Source: Chrysomallon squamiferum (lineage: Eukaryota > Animalia > Mollusca). Taken from it: a DNA stretch of 64,000 bases. The stretch covers positions 34,658,001 to 34,722,000 of the forward strand of contig CM022670.1 in assembly GCA_012295275.1 (NCBI GenBank), given 5' to 3'. Position numbers and translations under genes: made by a program. Shown here in pieces: positions 54,912 through 64,000 of the stretch (position 1 is its first letter; every line of letters begins with the position of its first letter). The notes under the pieces are model-generated. The model made no database searches. It had not been told where the DNA came from and was given only the letters and a program-made list of their open reading frames with translations.

Positions 54912-64000
<9,089 letters not shown>

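Overview
AT-rich, microsatellite-rich eukaryotic DNA from an invertebrate metazoan (mollusc/lophotrochozoan-like; this taxon call is a low-confidence inference). I reconstructed three multi-exon genes by hand from splice sites and reading-frame phase. (1) The 5' part of nucleoporin NUP58 (- strand, ATG 5496, 11 exons, runs off the left edge). (2) A complete MTMR6/7/8-type myotubularin phosphoinositide 3-phosphatase with a C-terminal variant FYVE domain (+ strand, 6181-48515, 14 coding exons, 738 aa), head-to-head with NUP58 across 684 bp. (3) The 3' part of an ABCC4/MRP4-like transporter (- strand, 13 exons visible, stop at 54912). Highlights: the ABCC NBD2 has lost its A-loop, Walker A and Walker B Asp while keeping the fold (candidate ATPase-dead ABCC) and also carries a 1-nt frameshift; the MTMR gene has a candidate alternative first exon deep in its 22-kb intron 1 and a GC donor that controls FYVE inclusion; the NUP58-MTMR6 head-to-head pair matches the human arrangement. 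Most entries in the supplied ORF track are spurious microsatellite or low-complexity ORFs.
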